Of a stretch of DNA of 64,000 bases, positions 18,807 to 28,028 are shown piece after piece. Numbering within the stretch: the first letter of the stretch is position 1; each line of letters begins with the position of its first letter. The position numbers and the translations under genes were made by a program. Location: the NCBI GenBank assembly GCA_944385935.1, contig CALWZC010000004.1, positions 75,426-139,425 on the forward strand, in the 5' to 3' direction. The notes beneath the pieces were generated by a model. That model worked only from the letters and a program-made list of their open reading frames with translations, searched no databases and was not told the origin of the DNA. Source of the DNA: an uncultured Anaerofilum sp. GTDB lineage: Bacteria > Bacillota > Clostridia > Oscillospirales > Ruminococcaceae.

Positions 18807-19625
18807 ATGAAAAAAACATTGAAAGATGTATTGGTGATATGCAATTTAGATAATGCACTGATGACACCAGCACAAGAAATTCTTTCTTGCAATGTGGAAA
18901 TGGTGCGTTTGTTTTGCACGTTGGGGGGAAGGTTTACCATTGCCACTGCAAGAACTCTTTCCTCAACCAAAGAAGTAGTGAAAGACTTGTGTATCAATGC
19001 ACCAGTGGCAGTGTGTGGCGGGGGAATGGTAGTAGATTGGGAAAGTGAACAGGTGTTGCAAAAACACTGTTTAGACAGTCAAACAGCACTGCAACTGATA
19101 CAAGATGTACAGAGCAGATTTCCTGATACAGGCATTGAAATTGTGGACGATATGGGAAAAGTATTGGTATTACAGTCCTCAGCCTATACCAACGAGCATA
19201 TTATTCGTGAAAATCTGGAGTGTATTTATCAACCTCTAGAGGATATGCAATCCCCATGGACAAAAATTGTATTTACAGATTCTTCCAAAATGTTGCAGCG
19301 GATTTCTGCTTTTGTAGCAGATAGAAATTATTTCCAGTTACAGCCAGTGTTTACCAACCATATCTATTATGAAATAATGCCAGAAAAAGCAACAAAAGGC
19401 AATGCTTTAAAGACAATCTGCCAAAAAATTGATTTCCCTCTTGAAAACACTGTCGCAATCGGCGATTATTATAATGATATGGAGTTGTTAAAAACAGCCG
19501 GTTACGCTGTTGCAATGGGCAATGCCCCTTCGGAGGTAAAGCTCATCGCAGACCAAGTAACTGACGATTGCCAAGATGGGGGCGTCGCATCCTATTTATA
19601 CCATCTAATTAAACATTATGCGTGA
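18807..19625 (+). CDS. Cof-type HAD-IIB family protein with non-canonical motif I
   Basis: Cof-like cap and motif IV (AIGDYYNDMELL), motif II region FTIATAR. Motif I reads CNLDNAL instead of DxDGTL, with AAT at 18843-18845. Confidence 0.75.
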   Translation: MKKTLKDVLVICNLDNALMTPAQEILSCNVEMVRLFCTLGGRFTIATARTLSSTKEVVKDLCINAPVAVCGGGMVVDWESEQVLQKHCLDSQTALQLIQDVQSRFPDTGIEIVDDMGKVLVLQSSAYTNEHIIRENLECIYQPLEDMQSPWTKIVFTDSSKMLQRISAFVADRNYFQLQPVFTNHIYYEIMPEKATKGNALKTICQKIDFPLENTVAIGDYYNDMELLKTAGYAVAMGNAPSEVKLIADQVTDDCQDGGVASYLYHLIKHYA

Positions 19626-19638
19626 GGTGTTAAAACAC

Positions 19639-20484
19639 ATGGAGCAAACTCGCAAAAGAGAGCTGCAAAAAATAGCCAACCGGATTCGTCAAGGCGTTCT
19701 GGAAGCCACTTTTTCCGCACAAAGCGGTCATCCCGGTGGTTCCTTGTCAATCTCTGACACATTGGCATACTTGTATTTTGAGCAGATGAACCTTGACCCT
19801 TCCAACCCCAAATGGGAAGAGCGTGACCGTTTGGTTTTGTCAAAGGGACATTGCTGCCCAGCCTTGTACACAGCATTGGCAGAGAAAGGATACTTTGACA
19901 AAAGTGAGTTGAAGGGATTCCGCCGTATTGGTGCAATGCTGCAAGGCCATCCTGATATGAAAAATATCCCTGGTGTGGACATGAGCTCTGGTAGCTTGGG
20001 ACAGGGTATTTCTGCTGCCTGTGGTATGGCATTGGCTGCAAAGCTGTCTGGAAAGAACTGGAAGGTATACACCATTTTGGGTGATGGCGAATTGCAAGAA
20101 GGTCAGGTGTGGGAGGCTGCTATGTTTGCAGGTTTCCGCAAGCTGGATAACCTCATCGCCATTGTGGACAATAACAATTTGCAGATTGATGGCAAGGTAA
20201 GCGATGTTTGCTCGGTCTACCCCATTGAAGATAAGTTTGCAGCATTTGGATGGCATACAATTTCTGTGGATGCCCACGATTTTGACAGTCTGGATGCAGG
20301 ATTTAAAGAGGCATTGACCATCACTGGAAAACCCGTTGTACTGGTACAAAAGTCTGTAAAGGGCAAGGGCGTTTCCTTCATGGAGAACAATGCTGGCTGG
20401 CATGGTAAAGCTACCAATGCACAAGAATATGAGCAGGCAATGGGCGAGTTAAAGGCCGCTTATGCAGAACTGGAGGTAGAATAA
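19639..20484 (+). CDS. Transketolase, N-terminal (TPP-binding) subunit
   Basis: SGHPGGSLS, LSKGHCCPALY, GSLGQGIS, GDGELQEG. I chose the ATG at 19639 (GAGGTG 9 nt upstream). The alternative is ATG 19618. Confidence 0.9.
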   Translation: MEQTRKRELQKIANRIRQGVLEATFSAQSGHPGGSLSISDTLAYLYFEQMNLDPSNPKWEERDRLVLSKGHCCPALYTALAEKGYFDKSELKGFRRIGAMLQGHPDMKNIPGVDMSSGSLGQGISAACGMALAAKLSGKNWKVYTILGDGELQEGQVWEAAMFAGFRKLDNLIAIVDNNNLQIDGKVSDVCSVYPIEDKFAAFGWHTISVDAHDFDSLDAGFKEALTITGKPVVLVQKSVKGKGVSFMENNAGWHGKATNAQEYEQAMGELKAAYAELEVE

Positions 20485-20486
20485 CC

Positions 20487-21428
20487 ATGGCAGAAACCAA
20501 AAGAATTGCAACTCGTGACAGCTATGGCAAAGCATTGGCAGAGCTGGGCCGAGAAAACGAAAATATTGTGGTACTGGATGCAGACTTAGCAGACTCCACC
20601 CGAACTTCCGTGTTCCGCAAGGAATTCCCTGATAGACATATTGACTGCGGTATTGCAGAATCTAACATGATGAGCATTGCAGCAGGTTTGGCTGCCGCAG
20701 GAAAGATTCCCTTTGCTTCCAGCTTTGCCATGTTTGCCGCAGGTCGTGCCTATGAGCAGATTCGTAACTCCATTGGTTATCCTCACTTGAATGTGAAGAT
20801 TTGTGCAAGCCATGCAGGCATTTCTGTAGGTGAGGATGGTGCTACCCATCAATGCAATGAGGATATGTTATTGATGCGCAGCATTCCCGGAATGGTGGTT
20901 ATTAACCCCGCTGATGATGTGGAAGCTCGTGCTGCGGTAAAGGCTGCCGCTGCTTATGAAGGCCCCGTTTACATCCGTTTGGGCCGTTTGGCTGTACCTG
21001 TGGTAAATGACGAGGAAAGCTTTACCTTCCAGATTGGCAAGGCTGTTACATTGCGTGAAGGCAATGACATTACCATTATTGCCACTGGCTTGATGGTAGA
21101 ACGTGCATTGCAGGCCGCCGACCAATTGGAAAGCCAAGGCATTCATGCTCGTGTAATTGATATGCATACCATCAAACCCATTGACCGTGAGGCTATTCTG
21201 TCCGCTGCACGGGAAACCAAGGGTATTGTTACCGCTGAGGAACACAGTGTTATTGGTGGTTTGTATAGTGCAGTATGCGAGGTGGTGTGTGCTGAAGCAC
21301 CCTGCGAGGTCGCACCTGTTGCAGTAATGGATGAGTTTGGTTGTTCTGGAGCAGCATTGGACTTGTTGGAGCTGTACAACCTAAATGCCAAAACCATCGT
21401 GGAAAAAGCAAAAGAAATTTTGGCATAA
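20487..21428 (+). CDS. Transketolase, C-terminal (pyrimidine-binding) subunit
   Basis: FPDRHIDCGIAESNMMSIAAGLA, HAGISVGEDGATHQ, C-terminal domain. Lies immediately downstream of the N-terminal subunit. Confidence 0.9.
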   Translation: MAETKRIATRDSYGKALAELGRENENIVVLDADLADSTRTSVFRKEFPDRHIDCGIAESNMMSIAAGLAAAGKIPFASSFAMFAAGRAYEQIRNSIGYPHLNVKICASHAGISVGEDGATHQCNEDMLLMRSIPGMVVINPADDVEARAAVKAAAAYEGPVYIRLGRLAVPVVNDEESFTFQIGKAVTLREGNDITIIATGLMVERALQAADQLESQGIHARVIDMHTIKPIDREAILSAARETKGIVTAEEHSVIGGLYSAVCEVVCAEAPCEVAPVAVMDEFGCSGAALDLLELYNLNAKTIVEKAKEILA

Positions 21429-21448
21429 ATTTATAACAAAATAGGATA

Positions 21449-21489
21449 AAAACTACCCTGTACGGCTTTTTGTGCAGGGTAGTTTTTTG
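21449..21489 (+). terminator. Rho-independent terminator after the transketolase genes
   Basis: 12-bp stem AAAACTACCCTG / CAGGGTAGTTTT, followed by a T-run. Confidence 0.85.
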
Positions 21490-21528
21490 TAACCCTAGTA
21501 AATGATACTATATATTTATAGATATTAC

Positions 21529-21557
21529 TTGACAAAAATGTAATTGCAGAGTACAAT
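21529..21557 (+). promoter_or_regulatory. Sigma-A-type promoter for the DUF2871 gene
   Basis: TTGACA (21529-21534), 17-nt spacer, TACAAT (21552-21557). Confidence 0.6.
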
Positions 21558-21597
21558 GAACATTGTTCAATTTCTGTTTACTTAAGGAGGAAGATGT

Positions 21598-22017
21598 ATG
21601 AAAATGAAAAGGTATTTTATGAACAGCAGTCTATTGTATACTGTACTGGCTATGGTTTTTGGTGTGTTTTATCGTGAGTTTACAAAATTCAATAGCTTTA
21701 TGGCTCCCACAAAATTATCCTTTATTCACCCTCATTATTTTGTGTTAGGAATGGTATTCTTTTTGCTGTTGTTGATTCTGGAAAAGCAATTTTCTTTTTC
21801 CACAGAAAAAACAAAAAAGATTTTGGTTGCATATCATGTTGGTTTGAATATTGCGGTAGCAGGATTTTTGGCAAGAGGAATTATGCAGGTGTGGGATATT
21901 GTGCCCTCTAAAGCACTGGATGCTTCTCTGTCTGGTATTGCAGGTATTGGCCATGTGTTGCTGGGCGTTTCTATGATTTTGATTTCTCTGCAAATTCGCA
22001 AGAGTGTAGCAGAATAA
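21598..22017 (+). CDS. Small integral membrane protein (DUF2871-like)
   Basis: 139 aa, 4 predicted TM helices. N-terminus LLYTVLAMVFGVFYREFTKF resembles DUF2871. AAGGAGG RBS. Family call is from memory only. Confidence 0.55.
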   Translation: MKMKRYFMNSSLLYTVLAMVFGVFYREFTKFNSFMAPTKLSFIHPHYFVLGMVFFLLLLILEKQFSFSTEKTKKILVAYHVGLNIAVAGFLARGIMQVWDIVPSKALDASLSGIAGIGHVLLGVSMILISLQIRKSVAE

Positions 22018-22040
22018 AACCTAATTTCGTGAAAATTTTC

Positions 22041-22069
22041 TTGTCAAAAGCAGAAAATTTTTGTACAAT
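22041..22069 (+). promoter_or_regulatory. Sigma-A-type promoter for the NERD gene
   Basis: TTGTCA (22041-22046), 17-nt spacer, TACAAT (22064-22069). Confidence 0.5.
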
Positions 22070-22105
22070 GTTTTTGACGAAAAATAGCGAAAAGAGGAGA
22101 AAAAT

Positions 22106-22846
22106 ATGGGATTATGGGCAATGCTAAAAGGGGAGGAGCCGAGTTTCTTTCAACAGAAGTCTTTGCCACGAGATACCGGACAACGAGGGGAATATCTGAT
22201 TGCCTATGCACTGAAACATGGCAGACTCAAAGGAAAATACCGAATTTTTCAAAATTTGTATATCCCCACTGCAAATGGCACCACCGAAATTGATATTTTG
22301 CTTTTACATGAAAAAGGGCTTTTTGTGATAGAGAGCAAAAACTATCAGGGAAGTATTTTTGCTGACCCTCAAAATCGAAATTGGATGCAGGTTATCAAAA
22401 AGCAACCCTATGGATTTTTTAACCCCATCCGACAAAATCAAATCCATATTCATGCTTTGGCACAGTATTTGAATATCCCTACTGAGCATTGTACCTCCCT
22501 TGTGGTATTTTCCAACAAAAGTAGAGTAACAATTTTGCCACATACCTATCCACAAACTTTTGTTATCCGCCGAAAACAGCTTTTGTCTCTCCTTCGCAGA
22601 CAACTTAGACAGATGCAAAAATTGTATTTTTCTAGGCAGATAGATGATTTTTCTTTCTTGTTGGAAAGGACAATCAATGTGACATCGCAACAGAAGCAAC
22701 AGCATATTCATCAAGTGCAAAATCGTGTAGAGCCTCCCTGTTGCCCTATATGTTATAGCCCTATGGTAAGAAGAAAAGGACCCTATGGAGAGTTTTGGAG
22801 TTGCAGTAGCTACCCACATTGCCAATATACTTCAAAATTGCAATAA
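22106..22846 (+). CDS. NERD-domain nuclease-like protein with C-terminal topoisomerase-type C4 zinc finger
   Basis: GQRGEYLIAYAL, TEIDILLLHEKGLFVIESKNYQG (NERD core). C-terminal CPICYSPMVRRKGPYGEFWSCSSYPHCQY (zf-C4_Topoisom-like). Confidence 0.75.
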   Translation: MGLWAMLKGEEPSFFQQKSLPRDTGQRGEYLIAYALKHGRLKGKYRIFQNLYIPTANGTTEIDILLLHEKGLFVIESKNYQGSIFADPQNRNWMQVIKKQPYGFFNPIRQNQIHIHALAQYLNIPTEHCTSLVVFSNKSRVTILPHTYPQTFVIRRKQLLSLLRRQLRQMQKLYFSRQIDDFSFLLERTINVTSQQKQQHIHQVQNRVEPPCCPICYSPMVRRKGPYGEFWSCSSYPHCQYTSKLQ

Positions 22847-22915
22847 AACCTCGTTTTGTAACCCATAATTTTTTAGTGACTGCGTAAAAAAGCGACAAAT
22901 TTCCCAAAAGGAAGA

Positions 22916-22944
22916 TTGACAAGCGGCAGGGAATACACTATCAT
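22916..22944 (+). promoter_or_regulatory. Sigma-A-type promoter for guaA
   Basis: TTGACA (22916-22921), 17-nt spacer, TATCAT (22939-22944). The leader is short and has no room for a purine riboswitch. Confidence 0.55.
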
Positions 22945-22985
22945 GTAAATAATTATACTTGCTTTTGTATTGCAGGAGGAATAGA

Positions 22986-24527
22986 ATGTCACAGAGTGTA
23001 TTAGTAGTGGATTTTGGTGGCCAATACAATCAGCTGATTGCAAGGCGTGTGCGTGAGTGCAATGTATACAGTGAAATTGTACCGTATACCAAAGCACTAG
23101 AGGCAGCCAAAGAGAAAAAGCCCATGGGTATTATCTTCACCGGTGGCCCCAATAGCGTGTATGAGGACAATGCACCTACCATCAACACTGAGATTTTTGA
23201 GCTGGGAATTCCTGTTTTGGGCATTTGCTATGGCTCTCAGTTGATGATGCATTTACTGGGTGGTCATGTATGCAAGGCTCCTGAACGGGAATATGGAAAA
23301 ACAGAGGTAATGGTAGATACTTCTAGCAAGATGTTCCAAGGAGTAAGCCCCACTACTATCTGTTGGATGAGCCATAACGACTACATCGAAACCGCTGCGC
23401 CGGGCTTTGCAATTTCTGCCCATACTGCCAACTGTCCCGTGGCAGCAGTAGAAATGCCCGAAAAGAATTTGTATGCAGTACAGTTCCATCCAGAGGTATT
23501 GCATACACAAGAAGGCAAAAAGATGTTGGCCAACTTTGTGTATAATGTATGTGGCTGTGCCGGCGATTGGAAGATGGATTCTTTTGTGGAGCAGTCTGTA
23601 GCAACCCTGCGAGAGAAAATCGGCAGTGGCAAGGTGCTTTGTGCTCTTTCTGGTGGTGTAGATTCCTCTGTAGCTGCTGTTATGTTGGCAAAAGCTGTTG
23701 GCAAACAGTTAACTTGTGTGTTTGTAGACCACGGTTTGTTGCGTAAAAATGAGAGTGAAGAAGTAGAGGCAGTGTTTGGGCCAAACGGGCCTTATGACCT
23801 GAACTTTATCCGTGTGGATGCTCGCCAGCGGTTCTATTCCAAGTTGAAGGGCGTAGAAGACCCTGAAACCAAACGCAAGATTATTGGCGAAGAGTTTATC
23901 CGTGTGTTTGAAGAAGAAGCCAAAAAGATTGGTACAGTAGACTTTTTGGTTCAAGGAACCATCTATCCCGATGTTGTAGAAAGTGGTTTTGGTGGAGAAT
24001 CTACTGTAATTAAAAGTCATCATAATGTAGGCGGTCTGCCAGATTATGTAGACTTCAAGGAGATTGTAGAGCCTTTGCGTGACCTGTTCAAGGACGAAGT
24101 TCGTCAGGCAGGCCGTGAAATGGGAATCCCAGAATATCTGGTAAGCCGTCAGCCTTTCCCCGGCCCCGGTTTGGCAATCCGTATCATTGGAGAGGTAACA
24201 GAGGAAAAAATTAAGATGGTGCAAGATGCAGATGCTATCTGGCGTGAGGAAATTGCTGCCAGCGGCGAGGATAAGCATTTAGGTCAGTATTTTGCAGCAC
24301 TTACCAATATGCGTAGCGTAGGTGTTATGGGTGATGAGCGCACCTATGATTATGCCATTGCTTTGCGTGCAGTAACCACCACTGATTTTATGACCGCAGA
24401 GCCAGCCTACCTACCTTGGGATTTGATTGCAAAAGTTACCAGTCGTATTGTAAACGAAGTGCCCCATATTAACCGTGTCATGTACGATTGCACAGGAAAA
24501 CCTCCCGCAACCATCGAATTTGAATAA
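22986..24527 (+). CDS. guaA: GMP synthase (glutamine-hydrolysing)
   Basis: Internal ATG at 22986 after AGGAGG ([21 protein letters not shown]). GATase GICYG, ATP-PPase SGGVDSSV, C-terminal PPATIEFE. Confidence 0.96.
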   Translation: MSQSVLVVDFGGQYNQLIARRVRECNVYSEIVPYTKALEAAKEKKPMGIIFTGGPNSVYEDNAPTINTEIFELGIPVLGICYGSQLMMHLLGGHVCKAPEREYGKTEVMVDTSSKMFQGVSPTTICWMSHNDYIETAAPGFAISAHTANCPVAAVEMPEKNLYAVQFHPEVLHTQEGKKMLANFVYNVCGCAGDWKMDSFVEQSVATLREKIGSGKVLCALSGGVDSSVAAVMLAKAVGKQLTCVFVDHGLLRKNESEEVEAVFGPNGPYDLNFIRVDARQRFYSKLKGVEDPETKRKIIGEEFIRVFEEEAKKIGTVDFLVQGTIYPDVVESGFGGESTVIKSHHNVGGLPDYVDFKEIVEPLRDLFKDEVRQAGREMGIPEYLVSRQPFPGPGLAIRIIGEVTEEKIKMVQDADAIWREEIAASGEDKHLGQYFAALTNMRSVGVMGDERTYDYAIALRAVTTTDFMTAEPAYLPWDLIAKVTSRIVNEVPHINRVMYDCTGKPPATIEFE

Positions 24528-24534
24528 ATAATAC

Positions 24535-24577
24535 AACCCCGGAAATCCCGTATTTATGCGGGTTTCCGGGGTTTTTA
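24535..24577 (+). terminator. Rho-independent terminator after guaA
   Basis: AACCCCGGAAATCCCG / CGGGTTTCCGGGGTT stem with 8-nt loop, followed by TTTTT. Confidence 0.88.
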
Positions 24578-24641
24578 TGCCTTGTTTGAAAGACATATTT
24601 CTCAAAGAAATATGTGTAAATAAAGAAAAGAGGATAGTGGT

Positions 24642-27299
24642 ATGGCAAAAAAGAACGTTGTAGAGGAAGCAAAAAAATCTGCTTATCAAACAGTAGAACA
24701 ACTGTGTCAACAACTAGAAATCACACCAAATGGTTTAAAAGAATCGCAAATAGAAACAATGCGACAAGGATATGGAGCAAATGTTTTTTACCAGAAAAAA
24801 AGAATGCGAGTTGTAAACGCTCTGGCAAAAGCATTTATCACTCCTTTTCATGGTATTCTGTTTTTATTGGCTGTAATATCTGTGACAACAGATGTGTTTG
24901 TAGGCCAGAATTTTGCGAGAAACACCAGTACGGCGTTTATTATTTTTGCAATGATTATCATTAGTGGTACAATCCGCTTGGTGCAAGAGTTACGGGCAAA
25001 GTATGCCGCAGACCAACTAGACAAGCTATTACATGGGAATGTTTTAGTAAAGCGAGATAACATCTGGAAAGAAATTCCCGCAGAAAAACTGGTTGTAGGG
25101 GATTTGGTTTCCTTTGCCGCAGGGGATAGAATCCCCGCAGATATACGCTTGACCCAGACAACAGACCTATTTATTTCTCAAGCTGCCATTACAGGGGAAA
25201 GTGCCATATTAGAAAAAAATAGTGATGTGGTGCCTCCTTTAGACAAAGGAGCTTTAACGGAAAAAAGCAATCTTGCCTTTACAGCCACAGTGGTGATAAG
25301 TGGAAAAGGGCAAGGCATTGTAGTAGCTGTGGGAGAAAATACCCTATATGGTAGTGCTGCAAAAACACAAGGAGCAAGAAAAAATTCCTTTCAAAAAGGA
25401 GCAAACTCCATTGCTTGGGTTATGCTGCGATTTATGGCTGTTTTAATACCTATTGTATTTGTTGTAATTGGTATTACAGGAGGAAAATGGGCAGAATCTC
25501 TTGCCTTTGCCCTTTCGGTGTCGGTGGTGCTAATTCCCGAAATGCTCCCTATGGTCATTACTGCCTGCCTCGACAAAGGTAGCCTTTCTATGAGCAAAAA
25601 GCAAACCATTGTAAAAAATATCAATGCCATGCAGAGCTTTGGCAGTATGGATGTACTTTGCATGGATAAGACGGGAACCTTGACCAATGAAAGCATTTTG
25701 CTGGAGTACTATATGGATGTGTTGGGCAACGAAAAGCCCAAGGTGCTGGATTTTGCCTATCTAAACAGTAGTTATCATTCTGGTGTGCGCAATCCCATTG
25801 ATAACGCCATTCTTGCTTGTCATACAATGCCCAATAAACAACAGCATTTTTGCAACCTAACAAAGCAGTATCACAAAATGGATGAAATCCCTTTTGATTA
25901 TACCCGAAAAATAGCAAGTGTTCTTGTACAAGATAATACAGGTAGCTGTGAAATGATTGTAAAAGGGGATATTGAGGAGGTAGTTCGACGCTGTACGTCC
26001 ATTGAGTATCAGGGGCAAGTATTGCCAATGGAAAACCAAAGCATGGAAAATGTATGGTCTGTGGTGGAAGAAATGCTGCAAGATGGAATGAAAGTAATTG
26101 CAGTAGCCAGCAAGCCTATCTGTGGTCAAACCATTTGCCAAAAGGATGAACAAGAATTGACCTTGATGGGGTACATTGCATTTTTTGATGCACCAAAAGC
26201 CACAGCCAAAGAATCTATAAAAGCATTGCAAAAGTTGCAGGTTGCCCCCAAAATACTTACAGGAGATAAAGCACAGGTTGCAATGTCCATCTGTCGGCGT
26301 GTGGGAATTTCTCCACAGGGACTGCTAACAGGAGCACAACTGGAAGAATTAACAGAACAACAGCTCGTTGACGCCGTGCAGAGAGTGAATGTATTTGCCG
26401 AGCTTACCCCCAGCCAAAAGGTGAGCTTGGTTGCCGCTTTGCAAAAAAACAATCACACGGTGGGATTTTTGGGGGATGGAATCAATGATATTCCTGCTAT
26501 GAATCAAGCTGATGTGGGAATTTCGGTGGATACCGCAGTGGATGCCGCAAAAGAGGCGGCAGATGTGGTGTTGCTGCAAAAGGATTTGAATGTTTTGGAA
26601 CAGGGAATTTTGGAGGGCCGCAGGATTTTTACCAACATGCTAAAGTACATAAAAATTACTGCCAGTTCCAATTTTGGAAACATTTTGTCCATTGTTTGTG
26701 CCAGTGCCTTTTTGCCTTTTTTGCCCATGACATCCATTCAGATTCTCTTACTCAACCTGTTGTATGACACTCTATGTATTGTTTTACCTTGGGATGCAGT
26801 AGATGATGAGGCTATTGCTTGCCCAAAGGAATGGAATGGAAAAACACTGGGACGTTTTATGAGATGGTTTGGCCCAATTAGCTCTTTGTTTGATATTGGA
26901 ACATTTGTGTTTTTATACTATATTATTTGCCCTATGTTGTGTGGGGGACAGCTATACCACACCATTTCAGACAGAGCATTGCAAATGCAATACATTGCTG
27001 TTTTTCAAACAGGGTGGTTTTTGGAATCCATGTGGACACAGATTTTGATTTTACACTTTTTGCGAACACCTAAAATTCCTTTTATCCAAAGTAGACCTTC
27101 TATTCCTGTTGTCTGTATCACCTTTGTTGGGCTTCTTGTCTTGACAGCACTTCCCTTTGTGGCAACAGGGGCATTGTTTGGGTTTACAAAACTTCCTTTT
27201 TGGTATTTTGGATTTTTGGCAGTGACAGCATTGTGTTATATGATATTAAGTACATTATGTAAATCCCGCTATCAAAAAAAATATCAGGAGCTTATCTAA
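24642..27299 (+). CDS. mgtA: Magnesium-translocating P-type ATPase
   Basis: 885 aa. TGES, phosphorylation site CMDKTGTLT, GDGINDIPAM, and an MgtA-type C-terminus (FQTGWFLESMWTQILILHFLRTPKIPFIQSR). Confidence 0.9.
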   Translation: MAKKNVVEEAKKSAYQTVEQLCQQLEITPNGLKESQIETMRQGYGANVFYQKKRMRVVNALAKAFITPFHGILFLLAVISVTTDVFVGQNFARNTSTAFIIFAMIIISGTIRLVQELRAKYAADQLDKLLHGNVLVKRDNIWKEIPAEKLVVGDLVSFAAGDRIPADIRLTQTTDLFISQAAITGESAILEKNSDVVPPLDKGALTEKSNLAFTATVVISGKGQGIVVAVGENTLYGSAAKTQGARKNSFQKGANSIAWVMLRFMAVLIPIVFVVIGITGGKWAESLAFALSVSVVLIPEMLPMVITACLDKGSLSMSKKQTIVKNINAMQSFGSMDVLCMDKTGTLTNESILLEYYMDVLGNEKPKVLDFAYLNSSYHSGVRNPIDNAILACHTMPNKQQHFCNLTKQYHKMDEIPFDYTRKIASVLVQDNTGSCEMIVKGDIEEVVRRCTSIEYQGQVLPMENQSMENVWSVVEEMLQDGMKVIAVASKPICGQTICQKDEQELTLMGYIAFFDAPKATAKESIKALQKLQVAPKILTGDKAQVAMSICRRVGISPQGLLTGAQLEELTEQQLVDAVQRVNVFAELTPSQKVSLVAALQKNNHTVGFLGDGINDIPAMNQADVGISVDTAVDAAKEAADVVLLQKDLNVLEQGILEGRRIFTNMLKYIKITASSNFGNILSIVCASAFLPFLPMTSIQILLLNLLYDTLCIVLPWDAVDDEAIACPKEWNGKTLGRFMRWFGPISSLFDIGTFVFLYYIICPMLCGGQLYHTISDRALQMQYIAVFQTGWFLESMWTQILILHFLRTPKIPFIQSRPSIPVVCITFVGLLVLTALPFVATGALFGFTKLPFWYFGFLAVTALCYMILSTLCKSRYQKKYQELI

Positions 27300-27315
27300 A
27301 AGGGGGTGTTGTGGA

Positions 27316-28014
27316 TTGAAACAGAAAATCAGCTTTGTTCCTTTGGATGCAGACTTGCAACTTTGGCTATTGGAAAAATTGTTAAAGGAGCCACCCCAAA
27401 GCCCCTACACAGCAGAGTTTTTGCAAGGGGTTCGCAATCTAATTTGTGGACAAACGAGCTCGCTACTTCTAGGAAGTCCTGAACAAAAGGGAGTAGTGGA
27501 ACAGGGATTGTCCGAAAGCATTGTAGTGGGAGAGTTGGAAATATCCCCTAAAAATAGAAAGGTCATCCTACAAGGGAAAGAGATAAGCCTCACCCCAAAA
27601 GAATTTGATATTTTGTATTTTTTGGTGGAAAATAGGGGAGGAGTGTTATTCAACGACTTGCCTGCCCATTTTAGTGGAGCAGAGTTGGCAGCGGTACAAG
27701 CAAAATATATCGGGCTATTTCAAGCCGGCTGGTTTGTAGAATCCATGTGGAGCCAAACATTGGTGATTCACATGATTCGTACCCCAAAATTGCCTTTCTT
27801 GCAAAGCCGAGCTTCTGCACCTGTCACACTGCTTACCATGGCGGGAATTGTGGTGCTTACTATCATTCCTTTCACTGGTTTTGGTGCTATGCTAGGATTT
27901 ACTTCTTTGCCCATTGTTTATTTTGCTTATCTCATTCCTTGCATTGTGCTGTATATGGCTTTGGCAACCAGCTTGAAAAAAGCCTACGTTCGCCACTATG
28001 GAGAATTGCTATAA
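27316..28014 (+). pseudogene. Chimeric remnant ORF joining a truncated OmpR-type winged-helix fragment to a diverged second copy of the MgtA C-terminus (last 2 TM)
   Basis: Residues about 69-110 (VVGELEISPKNRKVILQGKEISLTPKEFDILYFLVENRGGV) are the first two-thirds of a Trans_reg_C domain. Residues about 128-232 (AKYIGLFQAGWFVESMWSQTLVIHMIRTPKLPFLQSRAS...YVRHYGELL) are collinear with the last ~105 aa of the upstream MgtA. TTG start 9 nt after GGGGG. Confidence 0.6.
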
Positions 28015-28028
28015 AGGGGGGTACCTGC

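Noticed and set aside
24528-24641. Looked for an M-box riboswitch upstream of mgtA
   Set aside because: The interval is too short at about 64 nt after the terminator, and I could not recognise the conserved M-box core. I also looked for a purine riboswitch before guaA (22847-22985) and a T-box or other leader before thrC (47454-47614). Both intervals are too short and lack the conserved cores I can recall.
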